DNA of 63,493 nucleotides, the filler included. It is 3 parts of 3 records of this genome, joined end to end, with 100 filler letters (N's around TTAATTAATTAA, not from the genome) between each part and the next. Parts side by side here need not be neighbours in the genome. Positions count along the whole stretch, not along the records: positions 1 to 24,024 come from SRR20825006_132; 2 more parts are not named here. The stretch is one strand, 5' to 3'. Under the pieces are notes generated by a model. It was not told where the DNA came from, did not search any database, and saw nothing but the letters and a program-made list of their open reading frames with translations. The position numbers and the translations under genes were made by a program. Of this stretch, positions 10,323 through 19,467 are shown in pieces (position 1 is the first letter of the stretch; each line of letters opens with the position of its first letter).

Positions 10323-11270
10323 ATGAAACTACAAACACAAATTCCATTAAAACCACTAGAAAACTCAATAGATTATAATGCTAAAGTGTTTTTAATGGGA
10401 TCTTGTTTTGTAGAGAATATTGGAAAAAAATTTTCGTATTATAAATTTCAATCGCTTGTCAATTCATTTGGAATTATTTTTCATCCAAAAGCGATTGAAA
10501 ATTTAATTTCCAGAATAATTCAGCAAAAAAAGTTCACCAAAGAAGATGTTTTCTTTTTAAATGAACGCTGGCACTGTTTTGAAGTTCATTCGGTATTGAG
10601 TAATCCCTCCGAAGAAATATTTTTAAACAAGCTCAATGAAATTCTAGAAGAGTCATTTTCTTTTTTAAAAACAGCCTCTCATATAGTTTTTACTTTGGGT
10701 ACTGCTTGGGGTTATGAGAATAAAGAAAGTGCTAATTTAGTTGCTAACTGCCATAAGGTACCGCAAAAAAACTTTAATAAAGTACTTTTTAATGCAATTG
10801 AGATTGAAGCATCTCTTAAAATAATTACCCGTTTAATAAAAGAAATCAACCCTAAAGCTGCTATACTATTTACGGTTTCTCCAGTGAGACACCTTAAAGA
10901 TGGTTTTATAGAAAATCAACGTAGTAAAGCGCATTTAATAACTGCAATTCACCAAATTATAGAAAAGGATACTTCCATTTCTTACTTTCCTTCTTACGAA
11001 ATTATGATGGATGAATTACGAGATTATCGTTTTTATGCAGAAGACATGATACATCCTAACAAAACGGCCATAAATTACATTTGGGAAAAGTTTAAAGAAA
11101 CAGCCGTTGCTTCTTCTTGTACAAATACGATGAAGGAGGTTGAAAAAATTCAAAGCGGATTATCACATCGCCCTTTCAATACGGAAAGTGATGAATTTAA
11201 AAAATTTCAAGAAAAACTTCAGCAGAAAATTGTGTATCTTTCAGAAAAACATCCACATATAACATTCTAA
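10323..11270 (+). CDS. GSCFA domain protein (SGNH-like)
   Basis: MGSCFVENIG, FTLGTAW, TVSPVRH, YFPSYEI and DMIHP motifs. Confidence 0.92.
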   Translation: MKLQTQIPLKPLENSIDYNAKVFLMGSCFVENIGKKFSYYKFQSLVNSFGIIFHPKAIENLISRIIQQKKFTKEDVFFLNERWHCFEVHSVLSNPSEEIFLNKLNEILEESFSFLKTASHIVFTLGTAWGYENKESANLVANCHKVPQKNFNKVLFNAIEIEASLKIITRLIKEINPKAAILFTVSPVRHLKDGFIENQRSKAHLITAIHQIIEKDTSISYFPSYEIMMDELRDYRFYAEDMIHPNKTAINYIWEKFKETAVASSCTNTMKEVEKIQSGLSHRPFNTESDEFKKFQEKLQQKIVYLSEKHPHITF

Positions 11271-11271
11271 T

Positions 11272-11892
11272 ATGCGAAAAGTTCTTTTCGGAATCATCAT
11301 CACTTTACTTATTTTATGGACGTATCAATTGTACAAACGCTATGATGAACGTTCTAAATACCTAAAAGAAAATACCGCTTTAATTCAGCAAGAAATAAAA
11401 AATGTTAGCAAATTAATTGTTACTGAAGGACACTTTTCACAAGTATATAATTACAAACAATCAGAAAAAATATTTGCTAATTTATTAACTACCGAAAAAA
11501 AGGCATTGGTAGTAGTAAATGCAGAAGTAACAGTTGCTTACGACCTCAGTAAAATAAATTTTGATGTAGATGAAGAACATCAAACTCTTTATATTACCGA
11601 TATCCCAGCTCCTGAAATTAAAATCTTCCCCGACTTAAAATACTACGATATTTCTGGAGATTATTTGAATCCGTTTAACGCAAACGATTTTAATAAAATA
11701 AAAGATGAAGTCCATATTGCCATTGGAAAAAGAATTGATAATTCTAACCTAAAAGAAAATGCTGAAAACAGATTAATTAGCGAATTATCTCGCTTCTATG
11801 TTCTCACAAATTCTTTAGGATGGAAATTGGTTTACAATAAACAAACAATTACAGACGGAAAAGAATTAGAAAAACTCAATTTTAAGCAATAA
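11272..11892 (+). CDS. DUF4230 domain membrane-anchored protein
   Basis: N-terminal TM helix; VSKLIVTEG and AYDLSK..IP.PEI patterns. Confidence 0.8.
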   Translation: MRKVLFGIIITLLILWTYQLYKRYDERSKYLKENTALIQQEIKNVSKLIVTEGHFSQVYNYKQSEKIFANLLTTEKKALVVVNAEVTVAYDLSKINFDVDEEHQTLYITDIPAPEIKIFPDLKYYDISGDYLNPFNANDFNKIKDEVHIAIGKRIDNSNLKENAENRLISELSRFYVLTNSLGWKLVYNKQTITDGKELEKLNFKQ

Positions 11893-11937
11893 TCATGCAT
11901 AAATTCTCTATATTTAAGAAATTATACTAAGACAATA

Positions 11938-12060
11938 ATGACTTTGAAAGGTAAAAGAATAAATATAGCTACGGTGATTATGTGCATATCTACAGTAGTA
12001 ATTTTGGTATATATAGCAGGGTACTTTTTAGGAAAGACTTTATATTATGTCTTACATTAA
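11938..12060 (+). CDS. Small single-pass membrane protein, 40 aa (not in ORF track)
   Basis: Manual translation MTLKGKRINIATVIMCISTVVILVYIAGYFLGKTLYYVLH*; basic N-terminus followed by a hydrophobic helix. Confidence 0.55.
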   Translation: MTLKGKRINIATVIMCISTVVILVYIAGYFLGKTLYYVLH

Positions 12061-12072
12061 GTTATAAGAAAT

Positions 12073-12573
12073 ATGCTAACTAACCAAGAGGCAAAATATC
12101 TATTGGATTTAGAAAAGGTTTTAATCAACCCGAATCAAACAATAGACCTATCGAAAAAGAAAAATAGATTGGAATTGATTTCTCATCAAGATTCAGACCA
12201 CAACTTTTTGGTTGAAATTACAACCAACCAGAAAATAATACTTAAAACTTCGATACATCATTTAGAAAGTAACTTTTATGTTGGGCTTTTAAGAATTGAT
12301 TACAGAGGAGGACATCACAATCCTACAAATATACTACCAACTTTACCTGATATTCTAATTCCGTATGCAGATAAATGGTTTAATCCAACCGAATCTCATA
12401 TGCACATTTATGTTGAAGATTACAGACCTTTGGCTTGGGCAATTCCATTATCTGATATTGATTTCCCTATTAAAGATATTACTCAACCATCTGACTTATC
12501 GGATTTAATATTTAACTTTGCCCGAAGAATAAATTTAAAATCATTAATTAATATTCAACAATCAATACTTTGA
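12073..12573 (+). CDS. DUF6978-like protein (RxD and His-cluster motifs), candidate toxin or effector
   Basis: MLT..EA..LL..EK start; GLLRIDY.GGHHNP, SHMHIY and WAIP motifs; 4-nt overlap (TTGA) with the next gene. Confidence 0.7.
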   Translation: MLTNQEAKYLLDLEKVLINPNQTIDLSKKKNRLELISHQDSDHNFLVEITTNQKIILKTSIHHLESNFYVGLLRIDYRGGHHNPTNILPTLPDILIPYADKWFNPTESHMHIYVEDYRPLAWAIPLSDIDFPIKDITQPSDLSDLIFNFARRINLKSLINIQQSIL

Positions 12574-13352
12574 ATTGGGTAAATACATATGTGGACAATT
12601 ATTACAATTGGTTAAGAGAAAAAACTTTTATCCAAAAGGACTCTACCACCGATTGGCATCTAATAAATACCCCTTTTGTTGGAGCATTTAATGACACGAT
12701 TGAGATTTATGCTCAAAAAAATGGAAATCATTTAAAATTAAGCGATAATGGAGAGACAATGTCTAATTTAGAACTTCAAGGTCTACATATTCAAGGTTCA
12801 AAAAGACGTAGAGCAATTTTAGATACAATACTTTTAAACTATGGGGTTAGAGCAGAAAATGATGAATTAACTATTGAAGCAAACAGTGATAATTTTTCAC
12901 AATCAAAGCATAACTTTCTTTCAGCAATAATTGAGATCAATGATTTATATGTATTATCAAAACATAATGTTGCTTCTATTTTCAAAGAAGATGTTAGGGA
13001 TTATTTAGATTCTCTAGATATAATTTATACCCCTGATTTTATATCTAAAGGGACAACAGGATTGGAATTTAATTTTGATTTTCAAATTGCAAAAAAAGAT
13101 AAAGAAATTGTCATTAAATCATTTAATACAATTAACAAATCGAATTTACCAACCTTTCTTTTTTCATGGGACGACATAAAACCAGTTCGAGAGAAAATCA
13201 CAAAAAAGAATGTAAACGCAATTGCTATCATCAATGACATAGGTAAAGAAATTAAAACGGAATTTTTAGATGCACTTAAAGCAAAAAATGCTAACTATAT
13301 TCTGTGGTCTGAACGTGAATCGGAAAAAAGTAAAGAACTTATATCTGTTTAA
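12570..13352 (+). CDS. DUF1828 + DUF1829 domain protein
   Basis: Y.NWLREK, INTPF...NDTIEIY, LSDNGET..NL, KHNFLSAI..INDL, IFKEDV and G.TGLEFNFDF motifs. Confidence 0.85.
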   Translation: MNWVNTYVDNYYNWLREKTFIQKDSTTDWHLINTPFVGAFNDTIEIYAQKNGNHLKLSDNGETMSNLELQGLHIQGSKRRRAILDTILLNYGVRAENDELTIEANSDNFSQSKHNFLSAIIEINDLYVLSKHNVASIFKEDVRDYLDSLDIIYTPDFISKGTTGLEFNFDFQIAKKDKEIVIKSFNTINKSNLPTFLFSWDDIKPVREKITKKNVNAIAIINDIGKEIKTEFLDALKAKNANYILWSERESEKSKELISV

Positions 13353-13413
13353 AATACTACTTAACAATAGTATTAGTTATTGCTAAAAAATACAACTACT
13401 CATAGCTGAGACC
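13353..13413 (+). repeat. Degenerate palindromic cassette-end-like element
   Basis: ACTACTTAACAAT then imperfect arms GTATTAGTTATTG / CAACTACTCATAG (9 of 13 complementary), ending GAGACC, directly after the stop codon. Confidence 0.45.
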
Positions 13414-13446
13414 AAAATAACCACACACTTTTCAAACAGTCAAAAA

Positions 13447-15126
13447 TTAATTTTTGATTCTTTCCTTCACCCAATTCAAAAATTCGTTTTTAAAATCTTT
13501 TACATCCCAAGATTTTCCCTTAGCCATATCATTACTCTTTTCTACAACCGAATTATTTTCGGTTTTCTGATAATGAATACTAATTTTTTCGTCAGAAGAG
13601 GTACTCCAGTAGGTTTCTTTGTATAAAATCATGCCGTTATCTCCAATTTTAACAATTCGGGCACTATAATTACCTCCTCCAGTTTTAGAAGTATAAATAG
13701 CCGACTTATTATCTTTATCAATTAAAATATACGGTGCCATTGAAGGACCTGTAAAAGCTTCATTTTTGACAAAAGTATTCGACTCAGGATTGTACAAATA
13801 AACAGCATACGTAGCATTTCTATTTAAATCAAACCCTTCTGGAAAACTCAAATCTGTATACCCATCAAAGTTTATATCGAAATCGGAAACCTTATAATCT
13901 TGCTCAGATAAATCGCCAATATTAATTGGCTTTTTAATAGGCGAAAGAGGAGCTTCAAAAACAAAAGTAGTATCTTCAACCTTTATCAATTCCTTCTTTG
14001 ACACAGAAACTTCAATAGTAGTTGGATTGGCATTTGTTTTACGCGTATACCGGACCGAATATCGCCATTTAGCATCCATTTTATTGATAGAAAAAGGCTG
14101 ACTATAAACAAAAAATGTAGTGTCTATTAAAGACCTATAATACTGAGGATAGGTGTTTTCAAGGTTAAAAGAATCTATTGCTTTTAGCGTAAATTTAAAG
14201 TCCTTATTATAATGATATTGCTTAATTATTGAATCTATGTTATATGCCACTACATGCTTAGAATTTTTGTCTTGTTTTTCTGAAACTTCAAAAGTTTTAA
14301 AAACCGAATCATTGACAAATGCACTAGAATATTTGGTAGTTTTATCTATAGATTCACTTTTTCCACTAAGCGTAATATTAGTTAATACACTTGCAGTATC
14401 TTGAATAATTAATTTTTCGAGCACACTAGTACTGTCCACAAAATAATAGGTGTTTAAAGCAGTAGCATCTTGTATATCTAACAACCCATTTGAACGATAA
14501 ATTCTAGCGCCGCTAGCCAAGGTATCTAAAATAGAATCTCCTTTAATTAACCTATCTTTTCTAATGGTAAAAAACTTATTCTTATTCTCTACAGTATATT
14601 TAAATTCTTTTTTTGGTAACAAATCGTAGTAAAAATTTGCGGTGCGTGTTGCTTTTCTTATAGAAATTGGGGTGTCTCCAAAATCAATATCGTAGGCACT
14701 AAAATTAGCATTTGTTACACTGTGTGTGTATATTTTATAACGATTCTTAGAAGATTTATCTATTCTAAAAACATTTCCATCAATTCGAGAAGTAATTGTT
14801 TTATTATCCTTAATAATAGCAGTTTGTTTAAACTCTTGTAATTTTCCTAAATGTTTTACTTTTCCGTAAAGATTCATCACTATAAAAGCAGAATCTTTTG
14901 GCCTTTTTATTTTTGCCAGATAATAAATAGAGTCTTCTGTTGAGAGTTGGTTATTCTTAGCTCTCAACATATCTTTAACCCGCTGCTCATCGGTAATTAC
15001 TCGTTCTTTCTTTTGAAGAAGTCTTAGAGAATCGGCTTCTGTAGCCAGTCTAGTTTTATGAGTGTCATCATTTTTACATGCTACATTAGCCAAAATGAAA
15101 CCGATAATAAATAAGTATTTTTTCAA
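13447..15126 (-). CDS. Hypothetical lipoprotein; C-terminal region XAC2610-like
   Basis: Lipobox NVAC; C-terminal DFDINFDGYTDL...YAVYLYNP..NTF motif. Confidence 0.65.
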   Translation of the reverse strand: MKKYLFIIGFILANVACKNDDTHKTRLATEADSLRLLQKKERVITDEQRVKDMLRAKNNQLSTEDSIYYLAKIKRPKDSAFIVMNLYGKVKHLGKLQEFKQTAIIKDNKTITSRIDGNVFRIDKSSKNRYKIYTHSVTNANFSAYDIDFGDTPISIRKATRTANFYYDLLPKKEFKYTVENKNKFFTIRKDRLIKGDSILDTLASGARIYRSNGLLDIQDATALNTYYFVDSTSVLEKLIIQDTASVLTNITLSGKSESIDKTTKYSSAFVNDSVFKTFEVSEKQDKNSKHVVAYNIDSIIKQYHYNKDFKFTLKAIDSFNLENTYPQYYRSLIDTTFFVYSQPFSINKMDAKWRYSVRYTRKTNANPTTIEVSVSKKELIKVEDTTFVFEAPLSPIKKPINIGDLSEQDYKVSDFDINFDGYTDLSFPEGFDLNRNATYAVYLYNPESNTFVKNEAFTGPSMAPYILIDKDNKSAIYTSKTGGGNYSARIVKIGDNGMILYKETYWSTSSDEKISIHYQKTENNSVVEKSNDMAKGKSWDVKDFKNEFLNWVKERIKN

Positions 15127-15178
15127 ACTGAATAAGTAATTGAATTTGGATAAAAATATAAAATCTTTTTAAAGCGAC

Positions 15179-16933
15179 CTATTTCACCAATGCATCGTTT
15201 ACTAATGAAATCCCATCGTCTATTAAATGCCCTACTGTAGGTCGGTTTCTTTTTACCGATTCGAGATGATTCAGAATTTCCTCAGAAAAATCATCATCTC
15301 CATTATTTTTTGCAAGTTCATAAAGCTCAACAGACAACAACCAGTCCTCTGGATAAAATTCTTGTAATTGCTCAAAAACCTTATGTCTTGAAATCGTTAT
15401 ATTTTCCCCTTCCCTATATTCGCGCACTTGTAAATATAACGTTTCAAGCATCTTGGTATTATTATTTTTTTGCTTTTTTGTTTCTTCAGAATGGCTATGT
15501 GTTATTAAATCAAAACTATTTACATCTGCGGGGCCATTATAAGCGGAGATTGCTTCTTTCCCAACAGCAAGATTATAAATACCTTGTGAAGGTTCAAATA
15601 AAACTTCGCCTTTATGTTTTACAGTACAATTATCAAAACTAATAAGTATAATTTTACCCATTAAATTCCGAGTTCCAGTAATAATAGTTCCAGAAACAGT
15701 TACACCGCCTTCAAACTCCAAATCCACTTGATGTCCTTCATAAATATTATACGCCTTTAAATCTCTAGGGCTCATATCTTCAATAGCTAGGTTTATCCCC
15801 TTAAGTTTTCCTAACGGACTCCCAAATCCTTGTTGATACTTTTCTATTCCGTGCCCAACCAATTCTTTGTCTCTGTAAGAAAGCGCTGTCTCTTTTTCTG
15901 TTTGAAAATAAATAGGCTTCCCTTCAAACTCGATTACATTTGAAAAAGTTCCTGAAATCTGAATTCCAGTACTTAATTCCACAGTTCCTAAAGCGTTAGA
16001 ATTTATTAGTTTTAGCATCCCTTTCAAGCCTCCTTTTCGGAGCGCCATTGTATTAGCAAATTCCTCCAAAATCAAACTTAGATATGCAAAATCTGGGGTA
16101 ATATAAAGCTGCGGTTGTGGTTTTGTAATATCAAAATCTTGGTATGCCGCCTGCATATTATATGGTACTTTTTTTACAGCATCCGTCATACACCACTTAC
16201 TTTCTCCAATAGAAGACAATAAACCAGCACCATAAATTTTTGGATTATCAAATGTTCCAATTAAACCATACTCAACCGTCCACCAATGTAAATTTCTGAT
16301 TAAAGACATTTCACTAGGCTCTCCCATATTCTGCTGCAAATCTTCCACTCGCTTTTCAGCTTTTTCAATTTCGGAAGCAGTAGTTCCATCGGCTTCTTTT
16401 ATAATAGAAAGATGGCGTATAGCCTCATACATTTCATAATCTTTTGCACTAGAAATTGCTTTACATCCAATCTCTCCAAAACGTCTTAAATACTCTGCAT
16501 ACTCTGGATTTGCAATAATAGGTGCATGTCCTGCCCCTTCATGAATAATATCTGGCGCAGGGGTGTATTCTATATTTTCAAGCTGTCTAATATCCGAAGC
16601 TATTACTAACACATTATAAGCTTGGAACTCCATAAAAGCATTTGGAGGGATAAAACCATCTACTGCAACGGCTGCCCATCCTATGTCTTTCAATATTCTA
16701 TTCATTCCATACATACTTGGAATTCGATCGATAGAAATCCCTGTTTTTTGCAAACCTTCTGTATATGATTTATGCGCAACCTTACTTAAATAATTCACAT
16801 TCTTACGCATCACATAACGCCACACCGCTTGATTTATAGAAGTGTAATCGTTATAGTTCTGAGGCTTTATAAATTGCTTTAAATGTTTTGGTAAACGATC
16901 TAATAATGGATTGCTTTTATAACCGGTTTGCAT
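15179..16933 (-). CDS. phhA: Aromatic amino acid hydroxylase (long-form phenylalanine 4-monooxygenase)
   Basis: YTPAPDIIHEGAGHAP (two Fe-binding His), WWTVEYGL (Glu ligand), YGAGLLSSIGE; long C-terminal extension. Confidence 0.88.
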   Translation of the reverse strand: MQTGYKSNPLLDRLPKHLKQFIKPQNYNDYTSINQAVWRYVMRKNVNYLSKVAHKSYTEGLQKTGISIDRIPSMYGMNRILKDIGWAAVAVDGFIPPNAFMEFQAYNVLVIASDIRQLENIEYTPAPDIIHEGAGHAPIIANPEYAEYLRRFGEIGCKAISSAKDYEMYEAIRHLSIIKEADGTTASEIEKAEKRVEDLQQNMGEPSEMSLIRNLHWWTVEYGLIGTFDNPKIYGAGLLSSIGESKWCMTDAVKKVPYNMQAAYQDFDITKPQPQLYITPDFAYLSLILEEFANTMALRKGGLKGMLKLINSNALGTVELSTGIQISGTFSNVIEFEGKPIYFQTEKETALSYRDKELVGHGIEKYQQGFGSPLGKLKGINLAIEDMSPRDLKAYNIYEGHQVDLEFEGGVTVSGTIITGTRNLMGKIILISFDNCTVKHKGEVLFEPSQGIYNLAVGKEAISAYNGPADVNSFDLITHSHSEETKKQKNNNTKMLETLYLQVREYREGENITISRHKVFEQLQEFYPEDWLLSVELYELAKNNGDDDFSEEILNHLESVKRNRPTVGHLIDDGISLVNDALVK

Positions 16934-16995
16934 ATGCTTTGTTTTAGATTTTTAAAAATACAAAACCTTACGAAAACGTTGTCTTAAAATGAACA

Positions 16996-17003
16996 CAAAG
17001 ATA
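16996..17003 (-). promoter_or_regulatory. Bacteroidota -7 promoter box for the hydroxylase gene
   Basis: TATCTTTG on the minus strand, about 63 nt upstream of the ATG. Confidence 0.55.
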
Positions 17004-17111
17004 TTTTTCAACTTAAATAATGCTATTAGACTTAAAATTAGTTTGTTAAAAAAAATTCTCAACCTAATCTAAAAATTATTACATTTATCAAAATTTACCA
17101 AAATTTATAAA

Positions 17112-18656
17112 ATGAAAGCTAATAAAAGAACAAAACTTATTTTTAACACTGTATTTATTTACGTTTTTATTTCTATATTTCTTATAAGTTGTAAAAAAGA
17201 AACTTCAGTAGAAAAAATAGAAAGCACTAAAAGTCCTAATGTTGTAATTATTTATATGGACGATTTAGGATATGGAGACGTTAGTTTTAATGGCGCTTCA
17301 ACTATACACACTCCAAACATGGATAAACTTGCTAATAATGGAGTTATATTTACCAATGGATATGCTGCTGCTTCAACATGTACCCCAAGTAGGTATTCTT
17401 TATTAACAGGAGTATATCCTTGGCGAGAAAAAGATGCTAAAATATTACCAGGAACAGCACCATTACTTATAAAACCAAATCAAGTTACACTTCCTAAAAT
17501 ACTTAAAAGTAAAGGATATCATACAGGAATTGTAGGGAAATGGCATCTAGGATTAGGCACAGGAATTATAGATTGGAATGAAACAATAAAACCCGGCCCT
17601 AATGAAGTTGGCTTTGATTATTCTTATATAATGGCAGCAACTCAAGATAGAGTTCCTACTGTTTATATAAAAAACGGAGATGTAGTTGGACTAGAGAAAG
17701 AAGACCCAATTGAAGTTAGTTATGAACAAAACTTTGATGGGGAACCAACAGGAAAAGAAAATCCGGAATTGACAAAAATGAAATGGCACCATGGACATAA
17801 TAATAGTATTGTAAATGGAATTCCTAGAATCGGTTTTATGAAAGGTGGTGAAAAAGCCAAATGGATTGATGAAGATATGGCTGATAATTTTTTAAATGAA
17901 GCTAAAAATTACGTAAAAGAACATAAAGAAAAACCCTTTTTTCTATATTACGCACTGCAACAACCCCATGTTCCAAGAACTCCAAATAAACGCTTTGTAG
18001 GAAAATCTGGAATGGGACCAAGAGGAGATGTAATCCTTGAAGCGGATTGGTGTGTTGGTGAATTTATTAAGACTCTTGAAGAACAAGGAATATTAGAAAA
18101 CACTCTTATTATTTTTTCTAGTGATAATGGCCCTGTTATAAATGATGGTTATTATGATGAGGCAGAAGAAAAAATTGGAAATCATAACGTAACAGCAGGA
18201 TTAAGAGGAGGGAAATATAGCCTTTATGAAGCTGGAACTAGAGTCCCATTTTTTACATATTGGAAAGGAACAATAAAACCTGGAGTTTCTGATGCAATAG
18301 TAAGTCAGATTGATATTTTTTCTTCGATTGCTAAGTTGATTGGAAGCAGTGAAAAAACCAATGATAGTGTAGACTTATTAGCTGAATTCTTAGGGAACTC
18401 AGAAGTAGGAAGAGAAGACATCATACTTCAAGGGTCTTATGGAACTTTTATAAGAGAAAATGAATGGGTAATGATTCCAAAAAATGACACAGCGCCCTCT
18501 TTTATAGAAACCGTAAAAATTGAAACTGGAATTTCTAAAGAAGATCAACTATATAACTTAAAAGAAGATTTCGGTCAGCAAGAAAACGTAGCTAGCAAAT
18601 ATCCAGAAAAATTAAAGGAATTAAAGGAGAAGTATGAATTGATCCGATATAATTAA
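17112..18656 (+). CDS. Arylsulfatase-family lipoprotein (Cys-type, FGly)
   Basis: Lipobox LISC; DDLGYGD, CTPSRYSLLTG, GKWHLG and SSDNG motifs. Confidence 0.93.
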   Translation: MKANKRTKLIFNTVFIYVFISIFLISCKKETSVEKIESTKSPNVVIIYMDDLGYGDVSFNGASTIHTPNMDKLANNGVIFTNGYAAASTCTPSRYSLLTGVYPWREKDAKILPGTAPLLIKPNQVTLPKILKSKGYHTGIVGKWHLGLGTGIIDWNETIKPGPNEVGFDYSYIMAATQDRVPTVYIKNGDVVGLEKEDPIEVSYEQNFDGEPTGKENPELTKMKWHHGHNNSIVNGIPRIGFMKGGEKAKWIDEDMADNFLNEAKNYVKEHKEKPFFLYYALQQPHVPRTPNKRFVGKSGMGPRGDVILEADWCVGEFIKTLEEQGILENTLIIFSSDNGPVINDGYYDEAEEKIGNHNVTAGLRGGKYSLYEAGTRVPFFTYWKGTIKPGVSDAIVSQIDIFSSIAKLIGSSEKTNDSVDLLAEFLGNSEVGREDIILQGSYGTFIRENEWVMIPKNDTAPSFIETVKIETGISKEDQLYNLKEDFGQQENVASKYPEKLKELKEKYELIRYN

Positions 18657-18678
18657 TCTGAAAAAACAATTATAAAAA

Positions 18679-18718
18679 AAACTGAGTCAGTCTCAAAATT
18701 GTGAGGCTAACTCAGTTT
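18679..18718. terminator. Probable bidirectional terminator between convergent genes
   Basis: AAACTGAGTCAGTCTCA / TGAGGCTAACTCAGTTT stem next to an A-run. Confidence 0.75.
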
Positions 18719-18740
18719 AAAATATTTTATAAGTACTATT

Positions 18741-19304
18741 TTATTGTCCGTTTTGAACTACAGCTACTTGTGTAGAAACTGGAGGGAACTGTTCTAAAAT
18801 TTCTTTAACAAATTCGGTTATACGTTCCTCTTTTTTAGCTAGATTTCCATTGGTAACCAAATAACCAGTTCCTTTACCTTGCCAAACTAATTCTTTTTTA
18901 CCAGCATCAATTAAGTCAATATAAAGTGAGCCTTCGGTTTCCGTAGACACAGAATTATAACCGCCACCCCAATATGGGTAACCGTAATAACCCCAGCCCC
19001 AACCAACGTTATTATAAACACTAACACGATCCACTTCTTTAGTAAAAATACTTACTAAAATATCTGGATTCTCAGATAATCTATAGCCTCTATTCTGTAG
19101 TTCGTATTGTATTGAGCGTAAGATTCTTTTCTTATCAAGATCAGAAATTTCTGCTTTATCAATACCAGGTTTATAAAACGCAAAAGTTTTATACTTACTA
19201 AAATCTACGTGTCGGTCGTAATCTGTTGCAACACTTACACTAGAGCAAGCGCTCATAAGGAGTGTAACAAGCAACATTCCAGAAAGGAGTTTTATTGTTC
19301 TCAT
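18741..19304 (-). CDS. DUF4136 family lipoprotein (second paralog)
   Basis: Lipobox MSAC; DYD..VDFSKYKTF, SDLDKKRI, ELVWQG and FPP motifs. Confidence 0.88.
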   Translation of the reverse strand: MRTIKLLSGMLLVTLLMSACSSVSVATDYDRHVDFSKYKTFAFYKPGIDKAEISDLDKKRILRSIQYELQNRGYRLSENPDILVSIFTKEVDRVSVYNNVGWGWGYYGYPYWGGGYNSVSTETEGSLYIDLIDAGKKELVWQGKGTGYLVTNGNLAKKEERITEFVKEILEQFPPVSTQVAVVQNGQ

Positions 19305-19467
19305 GGTTTATTTTTTTATTGTTTTTAATTGCCACATAAAACATCCAAATAATTAGCCTCCTAAGCGACTTAAATTAAATATGAATGTTTCATTTTATTT
19401 CACTTTAAAGTTCTTCGTTTATTTAAAAATTTCATCTAAAACTAGATAAAAAAAGGTATTCTAATTA

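Noticed and set aside
2445-19304. Two DUF4136 paralogs in contig 1
   Set aside because: Multiple DUF4136 lipoproteins are ordinary; they are 16 kb apart and diverged.
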